Assembly (NCBI RefSeq): GCF_964194155.1
Contig: NC_135901.1
Location: 26,102,001-26,166,000 of the forward strand
Length of the DNA: 64,000 nucleotides
Reading direction: 5' to 3'
From: Cetorhinus maximus
Taxonomy: Eukaryota
The translations under genes and the position numbers were made by a program. How positions within the stretch are numbered: position 1 is the stretch's first letter; the number at the start of each line of letters is the position of its first letter. Under the pieces are notes generated by a model that saw nothing but the letters and a program-made list of their open reading frames with translations, made no database searches and had not been told where the DNA came from. Positions 1 through 11,914 of this stretch are shown in pieces.

Positions 1-175
1 ATTCTCCCTTCTCCTGGTGCAGTGGGACCAACATTTGTGCTTTAACTAACAGCATCAAAAAAACTTGACTAATTGGTTATTCATCTAATCGCTGTTGTTG
101 GAATCTTACCTTGTGCAAACTGATTGTCATGAAACAGTAGTAACTTGTATTTATAGAACATGTTTGTTGTAATAA
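1..175 (+). mobile_element. Degenerate SINE fragment (DeuSINE-like 3' half)
   Basis: Diverged similarity to the 3' half of the SINE at 45885-46325 (ggaatcttaccttgtgcaaactg vs gggatcttgctgtgcacaatttg). Confidence 0.35.
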
Positions 176-346
176 AACTTTGCAATGTGCTTCAGAGGAG
201 TTTCATGAAGCAGAATTAGACACCGAGTCACTCAGGGCGATATTAAGGTCGATGGCCAAAAGCTGGATTCGAGAGGCACATTGCAACAAGCATCTTTAAT
301 CAGGAGAGTGGCCGAGAGGTTTAGGGAGGGAATTTCAGAGCTTCAT

Positions 347-468
347 CCACCTTGTGATCCATGTGTAAAAGTTGAATATGATCGCACTTTTTGTGATGGC
401 GATTTAGAAATGTTTTGTAATGTTCTTTCAGATATTTTATGAATAAAGTATATTTTTCAAAAAAAAAA
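347..468 (+). mobile_element. Very short 5'-truncated copy of the Tx1-like element 3' UTR with poly(A)
   Basis: Closely matches 1084-1203; ends AATAAA...poly(A); flanked by aatttcagagcttcat-like duplications. Confidence 0.75.
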
Positions 469-481
469 TTCAGAGCTTCAT

Positions 482-1203
482 CACGTTACCCTCGAGGTGG
501 CTGTGGTGGGGAAGACACTGTTATTCACCTCCTTCTGGAATGTGCCTTTGGAAAGAAGGTCTGGAGAGAGATACAGTGGCTTTTGTCCAAATTCATCCTG
601 AGCAATGCTGTGACACAGGACTCTGTGCTCTACGGGCTGTTCCCAGGGACACGCAGCGAGACAAACATCAACTGCAGCTGGAGGATCATCAACTCGGTGA
701 AAGAAACTTTGGTCTGCCTGAAACTTGTTGGTCTTCCGGTGCAAGGAGTTGTCCCCAGCCGAGTGTTGCAGACTGACACATTCCAAGGTCTAGGACCACA
801 TGCTGAGGGACGCACTAAAGCTTGGGGCAGCCACTGCAAAGGTGCAATGGGGAAAGGTCACTGTCTAAGACCTTTCTGCCACAGTGCACCGAGATGCTGG
901 GAATTGTATGGACCCCTTGGGCTGTACGGCTCACAATGAATGTATGTAGTGAATACTAAATGTATTATAATTGTACCTCAGAGTGCAACATGATGTATGT
1001 TGATAACTCCAATACTATTGCACTGTCTGACAACCTGTAATGACCATAATGAAATGACTGTAATATTCATTGATTGTATTGAAGCACCTCATGATCCATG
1101 TGTAAAAGTTGAATCTGATTGCACTTTTTGTGATGGCCAACTAGAAATGTTTCGTAATGTTCTTTCAGGTGTTTTATGAATAAAGTATATTTTTCAAAAA
1201 AAG
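482..1203 (+). mobile_element. 5'-truncated Tx1/L1-clade LINE (ORF2 C-terminal zinc-knuckle region plus 3' UTR)
   Basis: PRGGCGGEDTVIHLLLECAFGKKVW resembles the zf-RVT CCHC region; AATAAA plus A-tail at 1179-1202; target-site duplications at 467-481 and 1210-1225. Confidence 0.8.
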
Positions 1204-2604
1204 TAAATAAATTTCAGAGCTTCATGCCTAGGCCCTGCCAGCAATGGTGGGGTAATTAAAATCAGGGATGCTCTAAGAGGATAGAATGAGGGGAGCGCAG
1301 ATATATCAGAGAGTGTGAAACTGGAGATTATGGAGATAGGGAGGGTTGAAGTCATGGTTGGATTTGAAAACAAGAATGTAATTTTTAAAATTGAGGCATT
1401 GCTTGACCAGGAGCCACTGTAGGTCAGTGAGTGATGGGTGAACAAGACTTGGTGTGAGAAAGCACATGGGCAGCAGAGTTTTGGATGATCTCACGTTTCC
1501 ATGTTGGGGTGGGGTGAACATGAGAGGCTGATCAGAAATGCATTGGAATCATCGAGTCTAAAGGTAACATGGGCATGGATGAAGGTTTCAGTAGCAGATG
1601 AGCTGGGGTGGGGTGGAGACAGGCGACGTTATGGAGATTGAAATATCTGGTATTAGTGATGGTTAGAAATGTGGTCAGAATGTCATCTTGGGTTCAAATT
1701 GGGCTTTGGTCTTCCCAATTATTAATTGGGGGAAATTTCTGCTTATCCAGTACTGGATGTTGGATAAGCAGTGTGATAATTTAGTAACAGTGGAGGAATG
1801 GAGAGGGATGGTGGTGAGGTAGAGCTGGGCGTTGTCAGTGTACATGTGAAAACTAACATGGTGCTTTTGGATGATGTCACCTAGTGGCAGCCTGTAAATG
1901 AGGAATAGGAGGGACCAATGATAGATCCTTGGGGGACACCATGTACAAGGACTTTGGAGAGGAAAGGGAGGTTGGAGACGGGGTGGTAGTTTGCAAAAAC
2001 GGTGGGTTAAAGAGGTTTTTTTTAGGATGGATGATGACAATGAATTTAAAGGTGAGATGGACAGTATCAAAAAAGAGAGAACTGTTAACAATATCAACTA
2101 ACATGAGGAGGATGGACGGCTAACAGTTTAGTGAGAATAGGGTCAAGGGAGCAGAAGGCAGGTCTCATGGACAAAATTAGCACTGAAGGAGATAGAAGGA
2201 GAAAGACTGGAGAAAGATGCAAATTCAGGGCTTCAACAAGGGGGAACTTTACGGACAGTTTGTCCCGTTGAGCTAGTGGAAGGGAGGGAAGCAGCAGAGG
2301 CAGCTGATCAGCTTGTCTCAATCTTAGTGACGAAGAAGCTCCACGAGTTCCTCACACTTGTTGTTGGAGGTGAGTGTGGATGATACTAGGGAAAGGGAGA
2401 GCACTTCAAAAGGAACAAACTCATGTTAGTTTATGAAAAAGATTCAACAGACTGCGTGTTGAACACAAAGCTCTTTTATTTGGCTTTTATCCATAGTATT
2501 AGCTACAATAACTGGCCTAGAGTTTAATAACATCAGCAGAAACAGACCCCAATGAACAATGGTTCATCCCAAATATGATTAACAGAAAAATACAATCACT
2601 ATTT

Positions 2605-4227
2605 TTACTTGTGAATTCGCTGGTGTACCAGCAGGTTGGATGACTGTGTGAATCCTTTCCCACACTCAGAACAGGTGAACGGCCTCTCCCCAGTGTGAGT
2701 TCGCTGGTGTATCAGCAGGGTGGATGACTGAATGAATCCCTTTCCACACTCGGAACAGGTGAACGGCCTCTCCCCAGTGTGAATTCGCTGGTGTGTCAGC
2801 AGGGTGGATGTCTGACTGAACCCCTTCCCACATTCAGCACAGGTGAATGGCCTCTCCCCAGTGTGAGTGCGCTTGTGTGTCAGTAGGTGGGATGACCGAG
2901 TGAATCCTTTCCCACAGTTGGAGCAGGTGAACGGCCTCTCCCCAGTGTGAACTCGCTGGTGTTCCAGAAGGGTGGACGACCGAGTGAATCCCTTCCCACA
3001 CTCGGAGCATGTGAATGGTCTCTCACCAGTGTGAACTCGCTGGTGTGTCAGCAGGTTGGATGACCGAGTGAACCCTTTCCCACAATCAGCGCAGGTGAAT
3101 GGCCTCTCTCCAGTGTGAGTGTGTTTGTGTGTCAGCAGGTTGGATGAACAAGTGAATCCCTTCTCACAGTCAGAGCGGGTGAGTGGCCTCTCCCCAGTGT
3201 GAACTCGCTGGTGTTCCTGCAGGGTGGATGACCGAGTGAATCCCTTTCCACACTCAGGACAGGTGAACGGCTTCTCCCCAGTGTGAATTTGCTGGTGTGT
3301 CAGGAGGTGGGATGACTGAGTGAATCCCTTCCCACAGTCGGAGCAGGTGAATGGCCTCGCTCCAGTGTGAATGCGCTTGTGTGTCAGCAAGTTGGATGAA
3401 CAAGTGAATTCCTTCCCACAGTCGGAGCAGGGAAACAGCCTCTCCCCAGTGTGAACTCGCTGGTGTTCCAGCAGAGTGGATGACCGAGTGAATCCCTTCC
3501 CACACTCAGAGCATGTGAATGGTCTCTCACCAGTGTGAATTCGCTGGTGGACAATCAGATCAGTTGATCGCCTGAACCCAGTCCCACAGTGAGAGCACCT
3601 GAACGGTCTCTCGTCAGTGTGAACACGTTGATGAAACATCAGATCCCAGGAACTTTTATAGCACTTCCCACAGTCTGGGCATTTAAAAGGTCTCTCGTCA
3701 GTGTGAACTCGCTGGTGTGCCAGCAGGTGGGATGACTGAGTGAATCTCTTCCCACACTCAGAGCAGGTGAATGGTTTCTCCCCAGTGTGAATTCGCTGGT
3801 GTACAGTGAGGTCAGATAATGTCTTGAACCCAGTCCCACAGTGAGAGCACCTGAACGGTCTCTCGTCAGTGTGAACACGTTGATGGCCAGTCAGTTTCCA
3901 GGAACTTTTAAAGCACTTCCCGCAGTCTGGACATTTGAAAGGTCTCTCGTCAGTGTGAACTTGTCGATGTTGCAGCAGATGGGATGAACAAGTGAATCCC
4001 TTCCCACACTCAGAGCAGGTGAACGGCCTCTCCCCAGTGTGAACTCGCTGATGACTTTCCAGCTCTGATGGGTAATTAAATTCCTTCCCACAGTCCCTGC
4101 ATTTCCACAATTTCTCCCTGTTGTGACTGCATTTATGTTCTGACAGGCCAGATGATTGGCTGAAGCCTCGTACACACAAACACGTATAAGGTTTCTCCTC
4201 ACTGTGAATGGTGCTTTTTCCTTCCAT
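2605..4227 (-). CDS. C2H2 zinc-finger protein (type A, about 19 finger units, 2 degenerate), no effector domain
   Basis: Open ORF of CxxC...HxxxH repeats with TGERPF/TDERPF linkers. ATG at 4227 (the ORF-track start at 4233 is TTG); acceptor ttcacAG|G with exon start 4335; AATAAA on minus strand at 2475-2480. Confidence 0.9.
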   Translation of the reverse strand: MEGKSTIHSEEKPYTCLCVRGFSQSSGLSEHKCSHNREKLWKCRDCGKEFNYPSELESHQRVHTGERPFTCSECGKGFTCSSHLLQHRQVHTDERPFKCPDCGKCFKSSWKLTGHQRVHTDERPFRCSHCGTGFKTLSDLTVHQRIHTGEKPFTCSECGKRFTQSSHLLAHQRVHTDERPFKCPDCGKCYKSSWDLMFHQRVHTDERPFRCSHCGTGFRRSTDLIVHQRIHTGERPFTCSECGKGFTRSSTLLEHQRVHTGERLFPCSDCGKEFTCSSNLLTHKRIHTGARPFTCSDCGKGFTQSSHLLTHQQIHTGEKPFTCPECGKGFTRSSTLQEHQRVHTGERPLTRSDCEKGFTCSSNLLTHKHTHTGERPFTCADCGKGFTRSSNLLTHQRVHTGERPFTCSECGKGFTRSSTLLEHQRVHTGERPFTCSNCGKGFTRSSHLLTHKRTHTGERPFTCAECGKGFSQTSTLLTHQRIHTGERPFTCSECGKGFIQSSTLLIHQRTHTGERPFTCSECGKGFTQSSNLLVHQRIHK

Positions 4228-4739
4228 GTTCAAAATCTGATGGTATTCAGGTTATGATAAATTAGGCGACTCTGTCAGATTTTGATGTGATGTTTGGCCT
4301 CAGCTTCCCGACTGCAAATCCTCCCCTTTAATGCCCTGTGAAATTGATTCAAAACAGAATAAGAGACAGAACCCACAAAAACACAAAGGCAGATTGTGAA
4401 TCTGGTAACTTGTGGGACTGGCACTAGGAAAAAGTGACCATGAAAACTGCTGGATTGTCATAAAAACCCAACTGGTTCATTAATGTCCTTCAGAGAAGGG
4501 AACCTGCCACCCAAACTGGTCAACACAAGATTCCAGCTTCGATGGGAGAAGAGAGCAAGAGAGAGAAGCTGTGGGGTGGGAGAGGCAAGGGTTGAAGAAG
4601 AGGGATTTTACATATCTACAAATCAACCAGAACTTTCACAGAACCTCCCAAACCCTCAACCTCCATCACCTAGAGGGACAAGGATAGCAGGTGTATGTGA
4701 ACACCACCATCTCCAAGTTTCCCCTCCAAGTCACACACC

Positions 4740-5830
4740 GTCTTGACTTCTCTGACATCCAGAACTGGATCAACAGAAATTTCCTCCATTTAAATGTTGG
4801 GAAGACCAAATCCATTGACTTCAGTCCCCGCTACAAATTCCACTTCCTAACCATCAACTCCATCCCTCTCGCCGAAAACTGACTGAGGATGAACCAGACT
4901 ATTCACAACAATGGAGAAAAATTTCACCCCAAACTGAGCTTCCAACCACATATGGAATTGTATAAAACACTGGTGAGGCCACAACTGGAGTATTGTGTCC
5001 AGTTCTGGTCACCACATTACAGGAAGGACGTAATAGCTCTGGAGAGAGTGCAGAGGAGGTTTACAAGAATGTTGCCAGGGTTAGAAAAGTGTAGCTACGA
5101 GGAGAGATTAGATAGGTTGGGGTTATTTTCCTTAGAACAAAGAAGGCAGAGAGGTGAATTGATGGAGGTGTACAAAATTATGAGGGGAATAGATAGAGTG
5201 GACAGGATAAAATTGTTTCCCTTGGTGGAGAATTCTAGAGCTAGGGGACATAGATTCAAGACAAGTGGCAGAAGGTGTAGGGGGGACATGAGGAAGAACT
5301 TTTTTTACGCAGAGGATGGTGGGTGTCTGGAATTCGCTGCCCAAGTTGGTGGTAGAAGCAGAAACTTTAAACTCTTTTAAAAAGTACCTGGATCTGCACC
5401 TAAATTTCTGTAAGCTGCAGGGCTACGGGCCGGGTGCAGGAAGGTGGGATTAGAAAGGGCACCTGGGTGTCCTCGGGCTGGCATAGACAAGATGGGCCGA
5501 ATGGCCTCCTCCTGTGCTGTAACTTTTCTATGGTTCTATATCTGCATCATCACTATTACAGTATGCTTCCACCTCAGTAACATTGCCTAACTCCACCCCA
5601 GTCTCAGCTCATCTGCTGCCTCCCACATTCAACCTCCCTGTGATCGTGAGGTCATCCAAAGCTCTGCAGCTCGTGTACCCACTCAGACCAAGTCTTGTTT
5701 ACCCTTCACCCCTGTGCTCACTGACCTACAAGGCTCCTGATTCATAAAACTCCTGTGCAACACCTTGGAAAGGTCGAATACATGAAAGGTGTTTTACAAA
5801 TACAAATTGCTGTTGTTGATTTTGAACATT
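4740..5830 (+). mobile_element. Decayed L2 fragment in the ZNF intron (hosts a CR1 insertion)
   Basis: DIQNWINRNFLHLNVGKTKSI L2 motif; paralogous to 11915-13530 and 33510-33980. Confidence 0.6.
4951..5538 (+). mobile_element. CR1 LINE 3' fragment
   Basis: LYKTLVRPQLEYCVQFWSPHYRKD...LERVQRRFTRMLPG; 3' tail ttctatggttctat; empty site in the paralogue near 12120-12135. Confidence 0.9.
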
Positions 5831-6224
5831 TCATCATAACTTGGTGAAAATCCTGTAACTCCTTATTTAATATCATTGTGGGACCATCTACACCAGATGG
5901 ACTGCAGCGGTTCACAAAGGTCAAACATCATCTTCTCCACAGGTAACTGGGGATTGGTAATATCTGCTGCTGGAATTGTTAGTGAAAGGGCAGGGGATGG
6001 GATTAGCTGATTGGCTCTAGCAGAGATCCAGCATAGGCAGGATGGGCTGAATGACCTCTGTCTGTATTGTAACTAATCAGTGATTCAATGACTCGATGAA
6101 AAAGAAGCTACACTGAAGGCCAGGGAACTAACTTCTACAACCAATGCCTCCCCTGCAACAAACCAGCTTTAAATTAGTCTGTTGGTGATTCTAGACTCAG
6201 TTCTGTGAGCGACGTCTGCAACAA

Positions 6225-6340
6225 AATAATAGCAAAATACTGCAGCTGCTGGAAATCTGAAACAAAAAGAGCAAATACTGGAAATACTCAGCAGATCAAG
6301 CACTAACTGTGGAGAAACAAACAGAGTTATCATTTCAGTG
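6225..6340 (-). mobile_element. Penelope-like terminal-repeat fragment
   Basis: Reverse complement of the ...tctccacagatgctg...ctgctgag...tttccagca... motif at 49900-49965 and 59520-59575; paralogous copy at 13915-14035. Confidence 0.5.
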
Positions 6341-6776
6341 TGTACAGAATGAATTACAGGGAATAAAAATGGTCCAAAGCTTGATGGAAAATATAAGCTC
6401 AGAAGCAGAAGAGAAATGGACTATAATGCAGGAAAAACAATTCCTGACTCTGAAAGATACTCTGGGAAGATAAAGCTGGTAAACTAACAGCACATGGTCA
6501 GGGGATGGACAGTGGTGGGAACCTCATTTCGACATGGTTGGCAGGAGTAACAGTAAAATGCTAAACACGTCTAAAACACACCATTATTGGAGACAGAGGA
6601 AGTTAGACCATGGCAGAGAGGTGATCAGGGAGATAAGGCAGAGCTGAAATGGAACAATGGAAGGACATGGATTCAAATCCACAGCAAAGGAGCCACACCA
6701 GCCCCAGAGCCATGGAACCTCTCACAGACAACAGAGCAGAGCACTAAAAGATCTAAATTGCAGTCAAAATACTCAC

Positions 6777-6945
6777 CTCTGAAACAATTTTACTCTTTTC
6801 AATATTAAAATCTCCTGCTGGAGCCTGCAGCTGAAAAGATATCGGAAGCACTGGAGTCAGAGAAAAATCTCCCAGTTGAGGAAATACCTGGGGAGTGGGG
6901 GTGATGTCACCGCTCAATTGTCGGTGTGTGATGACATCACAGACA
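6777..6945 (-). promoter_or_regulatory. Putative non-coding first exon and promoter of ZNF 2605-4227
   Basis: Strong donor cagag|GTGAGT (intron starts 6776 on minus); ETS-like CGGAAG near 6843; two TGATGTCA/TGACATCA motifs at 6902-6940. Confidence 0.5.
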
Positions 6946-6974
6946 CGAACACAGAACATCTGGGTCTGTGCAAA

Positions 6975-7800
6975 CCAGTGATCACCACACATTATGAAGG
7001 ATGTGAGGGTCTTTGAGAGGGTGCAGGGGAGATTTACCAGAATGGTTCAGGGATGATGGTTTATAGTCACATTGTTAGGCTGGTAAAACTGAGGTTGGTC
7101 TCCTTGAAGCAAAGCACTGGAGGGGGTGCAGAGGAGATTCACCAGGATGTTGCCTGGGATGAAACATTTAAGTTATGAAGAGAGGTTGGATAGACTTGGG
7201 TCATTTTCGTTGGAGCAGAGAAGACTGAGGGGCGACTTGATCGAGGTGTACAAGATTATGAGGGGCATGGACAGGGTGGATAGGGAGCAGCTGTTCCCCT
7301 TAGTTAAAGGGTCAGTCACAAGGGTCATAAATTCAAGGTGAGGGGCAGGAGGTTTAGGGGGGGGTATGAGGAAAAACTTGTTTACCCAGAGGGTGGTGAC
7401 GGTCTGGAATGCGCTGCTTGGGAGGGTGGTGGAGGTGGTTTGCCTCACATCCTTTAAAAAGTACCTGGATGAGCACTTGGCACGTCATAACATTCAAGGC
7501 TATGGGCCAAGTGCTGGTAAATGGGATTAGGTAGGTAGGTCAGGTGTTTCTCACGTGTCGGTGCAGACTTAATGGGCCGAAGGGCATCTTCTGCACTGTG
7601 ATTCTGTGAAAGTGAGATTTGACAGAGGTGTACAAGTTTATAATAGATTTAGGTAAGGTAGGCAAAGGAAAGCTGTTCCCATTATTTGACTGTAAAAGGT
7701 TTGTGGGACACAAATTTCAAATTTTCCACAAGATCTACAGGGAGGATGTGAGGAAGAAATTTTTTGCAACGAGTGGTAATAACCTGGAACTTAATGCTTA
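6975..7800 (+). mobile_element. Older CR1 3' fragment hosting a younger CR1
   Basis: CR1-like ORF2 C-terminal sequence on both sides of 7115-7608 (EVYKFIIDLGKVGKGKLFPL). Confidence 0.65.
7115..7608 (+). mobile_element. Young CR1 3' fragment (ATTCTGTG-tail family)
   Basis: QRRFTRMLPGMKHLSYEERLDRLG; near-identical to 12810-13267 and 16575-17074; flanked by a short aaag duplication. Confidence 0.9.
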
Positions 7801-7829
7801 CACTTAAATGCTGATCAAATCCAGGTCCT

Positions 7830-9830
7830 ACATATGAACATATGAATTAGGAGCAGGAGTAGGCCACTCAGTCCCTCGAGCCTGCTCCGCCACTCAATAA
7901 GATCATGGCTGATCTGAATGTAACCTCAACCCCACATTCCCACCTACTCCCAGTAACCTTTCACCCCTTTGTTTATCAAGAATCTATCTAGCTCTGCCTT
8001 AAAAATATTCAAAGACTCTGCTTCCACCACCTTTTGAGGAAGGGTTCCAAAGACTCACCACCCTCTGAGAAAAAAATTCTCCCCATCTCTGTCTTAAATG
8101 AGCGACCCCTTTTTAAACAGTGACCCCTCGTTCTAGATTCTCCCACAAGAGGAAATATCCTCTCCACATCCACCCTGTCGAGACCCCTCAGGATCTTAAA
8201 GATTTCAATTAAGTCGCCTCTTACTCTTCTAAATTCCAGTGGATACAAGCCTAACCTGTTCAACCTTTCCTCATTAGACAACCCACCCATTCCCGGGTAT
8301 TTGTCTAGTAAAGCTTCTTTGAACTGCTTCTAATGTATTTACATCTTTCTTTAAATAAGGAGACCAGAACTGTACATGATATTTCAGATGTGGTCTTACT
8401 AATGCTGTGTACAACTGAAGCATAACCACCCTATTTTTATACTTAATTCCCCTCACAATAAATGATAACATTCTATTAGCTTTCCTAATTACCTGCTGTA
8501 CCTGCATATTAGCCTTTTGTGGTTCATGCATTAAGACACCCAGATCCCTCTGAATCTCAGAGCTCTGCAATCTCTCACCATTTAGCTAAGCTTGTTTTAT
8601 TCTTCCTGCCAAAATGAACAATTTCACATCTGCTGACATTATATTCCATTTGCCAGATCTTTGCCCACTCACTTAACCTATGCCATGTAGTCTCCTTACA
8701 ACTTCTTCACAATTTACTTTCCTACCTATATTTGTCGTCAGCAAATTTAGCCACCATTCCTTCATCCAAGTCATTTACATAAATTGTAAAAAGTTGAGGC
8801 CCCAGCACTGATCCCTGTGGCACACCACTCATCACATCCTGCCAAATAGAAAAAAACCCATTTATGCCAACTCTCTACTTCCTGTTGGCTAGCCAATCTT
8901 CTATCCTTGCCAATATGTTACCTCCTACACCATCAGCTTTTATTTTCTGCAATAACCTTTGATGTGGCACTTTATCAAATAGCTTCTGGAAATCTAAATA
9001 CAGTACATCCAGCAGTTCCCCTTTATCGACAGCCAGATGTGGCCCATTCAACAAACTCCAATAAATTGGTTAAACATGATCTCCCTTTTACAAAATCATG
9101 CTGACTCTGCCTGATTGCCTTGAATTTTTCTAAGTGCCCTGCTATAATATCTTTAATAATAGCTTTTCATGTTTTCCCTATGACAGATATTACACCAACT
9201 GGCCTGTAGTTTCCTGCTTTCTGTCTCCCTCCCTTTTTGAATACCATTTGCTATTTTCCAATCCAATGGAACCTCCCTGAATCTAGGGAATTTTGGAAAA
9301 TTAAAACCAATGATCTCACTAGCCACTTCTTTCAAGGGTGAAGTCCATCCAGACCTGGGTATTTCTCAGCCCGCAGCCCCAACAATTTGCTTAATACCAT
9401 TTCCCTGGTGATTGTAATTTTCCTGAGTTCCTCCCTCCCTTCCATTTCCTGATTTACAACTATTTCCGGGATGTTCCTTGTGCCCTCTATACTGAAGATT
9501 GAAGCAAAATACCTGTTTAATTCATCCATCATCTCCCTACTTTCCATTATCAATTCCCCAGATGCACTTTCTAGAGGACTAACAGTCACTCTTTTCCTTT
9601 TTAAATATCTACAGAAACTCTTACTATCCGTCTTTATATTACTAGCTAGTTTTCTCTCATACTCTAATTTTTACCTCCTTATTAATCTTTTTATCGTCCT
9701 TTGCTGTTCTTATATTCTTTCTAATCTTCTGACCTGCCACACATCTTTATGTGATTACATATTTTTTCTTTAAGTTTGATACTGTATTTAACTTTTTTGG
9801 TTAACCACGAATGGTGGGCCCTCCCCTTGG
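7830..9830 (-). mobile_element. 5'-truncated, frameshifted CR1 LINE
   Basis: Fragmented ORF2 peptides (LYTALVRPHLKYHVQFWSP; KYPGLDGLHP; MDELNRYFASIF); 3' tandem tail acatatgaacatatgaa at 7830-7847. Confidence 0.9.
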
Positions 9831-10100
9831 GAGATGGGATGGTAGTTTGCAAAGATGGTGGGGTAAAGGTTTGTTTCTTCTCAGGAGGGTGATGGTGGTG
9901 GATTTTAAGGTGAGTGGGACAGAGAAGAGAAAGAGAACCATTAACAATATCAGCTAACATGGTGAAAATGGATGGTCAGCAGTTTCGTGAGAATAGGGTC
10001 AAGGCAGTAGAAGGCAGGTCTCATTGATAGGATGAGCTCTGAGAGGGCAAGAGGGGAGATAGGAGAGAAAGAGAGCACTTCAAAAGGATCTAACTTGTGT
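9830..10100 (-). mobile_element. L2 fragment downstream of the second ZNF
   Basis: Homologous to 1970-2420, part of the duplicated gene unit. Confidence 0.6.
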
Positions 10101-10273
10101 TAGAGATGTTACAATGACTCGACACACTGTATGTTTAACATAAGGCTGATTTATTTGACTTTATCCAGAATACTAACCCCTATAATTGGCATGGAGTTTA
10201 ACATCAGCAGAAACAGACCAAATGACATAGTTCAGTCCTGGATGTGAATAACAGAAAAATCCAATCACTGTAG

Positions 10274-11395
10274 TTACTTGTGAACTCGCTGGTGTCTCAG
10301 CAGGTTGGATGAGGTAGTGAATCCCTTCCCACACTTGGAGCAGGTGAACGGTCTCTCCCCAGTATGAACTCTTTGGTGTGTCAGCAGGTTGGATGACTGA
10401 GTGAATCCCTTCCCACAGTCGGAGCAGGTAAATGGCCTCGCCCCAGTGTGAACTCGCTGCTGTGTCAACAGGGCAGACGACTGAGCGAATCCCTTCGCAC
10501 ACTCGGAGTGGGTGAACGGCCTCTCCCCAGTGTGAACTCGCTGGTGTGCCAACAGGGTGGATGCCTGACTGAATCCTTTCCCACAGTCGGAGCAGACGAA
10601 CGGTCTCTCCCCAGTGTGAGTGCGCTGGTGTGTCAGCAAGTTGGATTTCTGAGTGAACCCCTTCCCACAGTCGGAGCAGGTGAAAGGTCTCTCCCCAGTG
10701 TGAATGCGCTGGTGTACAGTTAGTTGAGATGAGTGCCTGAACCCAGTTCCACAGTGAGAGCACCTGAACGGTTTCTCATCAGTGTGAACACGTTGATGGA
10801 GCATCAGGTCCACGGAACTTTTAAAGCATTTCCCACAGTCTGGGCATTTAAAAGGTCTCTCCCCAGTGTGAACTCGCTGGTGTGTCAGCAGATGGCATGA
10901 GTGAGCAAATCTCTTCCCACACTCAGAGCAGCTGAATGGCCACTCTACTGTGTGAATTCGCTGGTGTACATTGAGGACAGACAATGTCTTGAACCCAGAC
11001 CCACAGTGAGAGCACCTGAACGGTCTCTCGTCAGTGTGGACACGTTGATGGGCTGTCAGTTCCTGGGAACTTTTAACGCACTTCCCGCAGTCTGGACATT
11101 TGAAAGGTCTCTCGTCAGTGTGAACTCGTCGGTGTTTCAGCAGCGTGGATGAACAAGTGAATCCCTTCCCACACTCAGAGCAGGTGAACGGCCTCTCCCC
11201 AGTGTGAACTCGCTGATGATTTTCAAGCTCGGATGGGTAATTAAATCCCTTCCCACAGTCTCTGCATTTCCATGGTTTCTCCCCATTCTGACTGCATTTA
11301 TGTTTCGACAGGCCAGATGATTGGCTGAAGCCTCGTCCACACACAGAACACGTGTACGGTTTCTCTCCACTATGAACGGTGCTTTTTCCGACCAT
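10274..11395 (-). CDS. C2H2 zinc-finger protein (type A, 13 finger units, 2 degenerate)
   Basis: Open ORF with ATG at 11395; acceptor ttcacAG|G with exon start 11499; AATAAA on minus strand at 10150-10155; first 8 fingers collinear with 2605-4227. Confidence 0.88.
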   Translation of the reverse strand: MVGKSTVHSGEKPYTCSVCGRGFSQSSGLSKHKCSQNGEKPWKCRDCGKGFNYPSELENHQRVHTGERPFTCSECGKGFTCSSTLLKHRRVHTDERPFKCPDCGKCVKSSQELTAHQRVHTDERPFRCSHCGSGFKTLSVLNVHQRIHTVEWPFSCSECGKRFAHSCHLLTHQRVHTGERPFKCPDCGKCFKSSVDLMLHQRVHTDEKPFRCSHCGTGFRHSSQLTVHQRIHTGERPFTCSDCGKGFTQKSNLLTHQRTHTGERPFVCSDCGKGFSQASTLLAHQRVHTGERPFTHSECAKGFAQSSALLTQQRVHTGARPFTCSDCGKGFTQSSNLLTHQRVHTGERPFTCSKCGKGFTTSSNLLRHQRVHK

Positions 11396-11914
11396 GTTCA
11401 AATTCCAATGATATTCAGGTTACAATAAGCTGGGCAACTCTGTCAGATTCTGAAGTTTGGTTTCAGTTTCCCGATTGCAAATCCTCCCCTCCTAATACCC
11501 TGTGAAATTGACTGAAAACAGAGAAAAGGGAGTGAGAGAGAACCCCCAAAAACACAAGGACAGGTTGTGAAATTGAGCTGAATGAATCTGGTAATTTGTG
11601 GGGCCAGCACCAGGAAAAAGTGACCATGAAAACTGCTGGATTGTCATAAAAACCCAACTGGTTCACTAATGTCCTTCAGGGAAGGGAATCTCCCACCCAG
11701 TCTGGGCCTACACGAGACACTGGTCTAGATTGGAGAACATAACAAGAGAGAGAAGGGTTGGGTGGGAGAGGCAAGGTTGAAAAAGAGGGATTACAACTCC
11801 ATCAGAATTTTGACAGAAGGTCCAAAACCCTGAACCTCCACCACCTAGAAGGGCCAGGATAGCAGGTGTATGTGAACACCATCAACTCCATGTTCTCCTT
11901 CAAGTCACACACCG

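Larger units (their letters stand above)
180..2420 (-). mobile_element. Decayed L2-type LINE (RT and 3' region), interrupted by Tx1-like insertions
   Basis: ORF 1675-2097 gives LLFLIYRLPLGDIIQKHHVSFHMYTDNAQLYL...WISRNFPQLIIGKTKA, i.e. L2 RT motifs with a decayed YADD. Homologous to 9830-10100 and 30270-31300. Confidence 0.7.

Noticed and set aside
3254-4202. Alternative-frame ORFs over ZNF arrays (also 10173, 21255, 26923, 27725, 57972 and antisense ones)
   Set aside because: Shadow frames generated by the 84-bp finger periodicity; no independent evidence of coding.
2605-4227. Assigning a mammalian ZNF gene symbol
   Set aside because: Similarity would reflect the generic finger/linker consensus; orthology cannot be supported.
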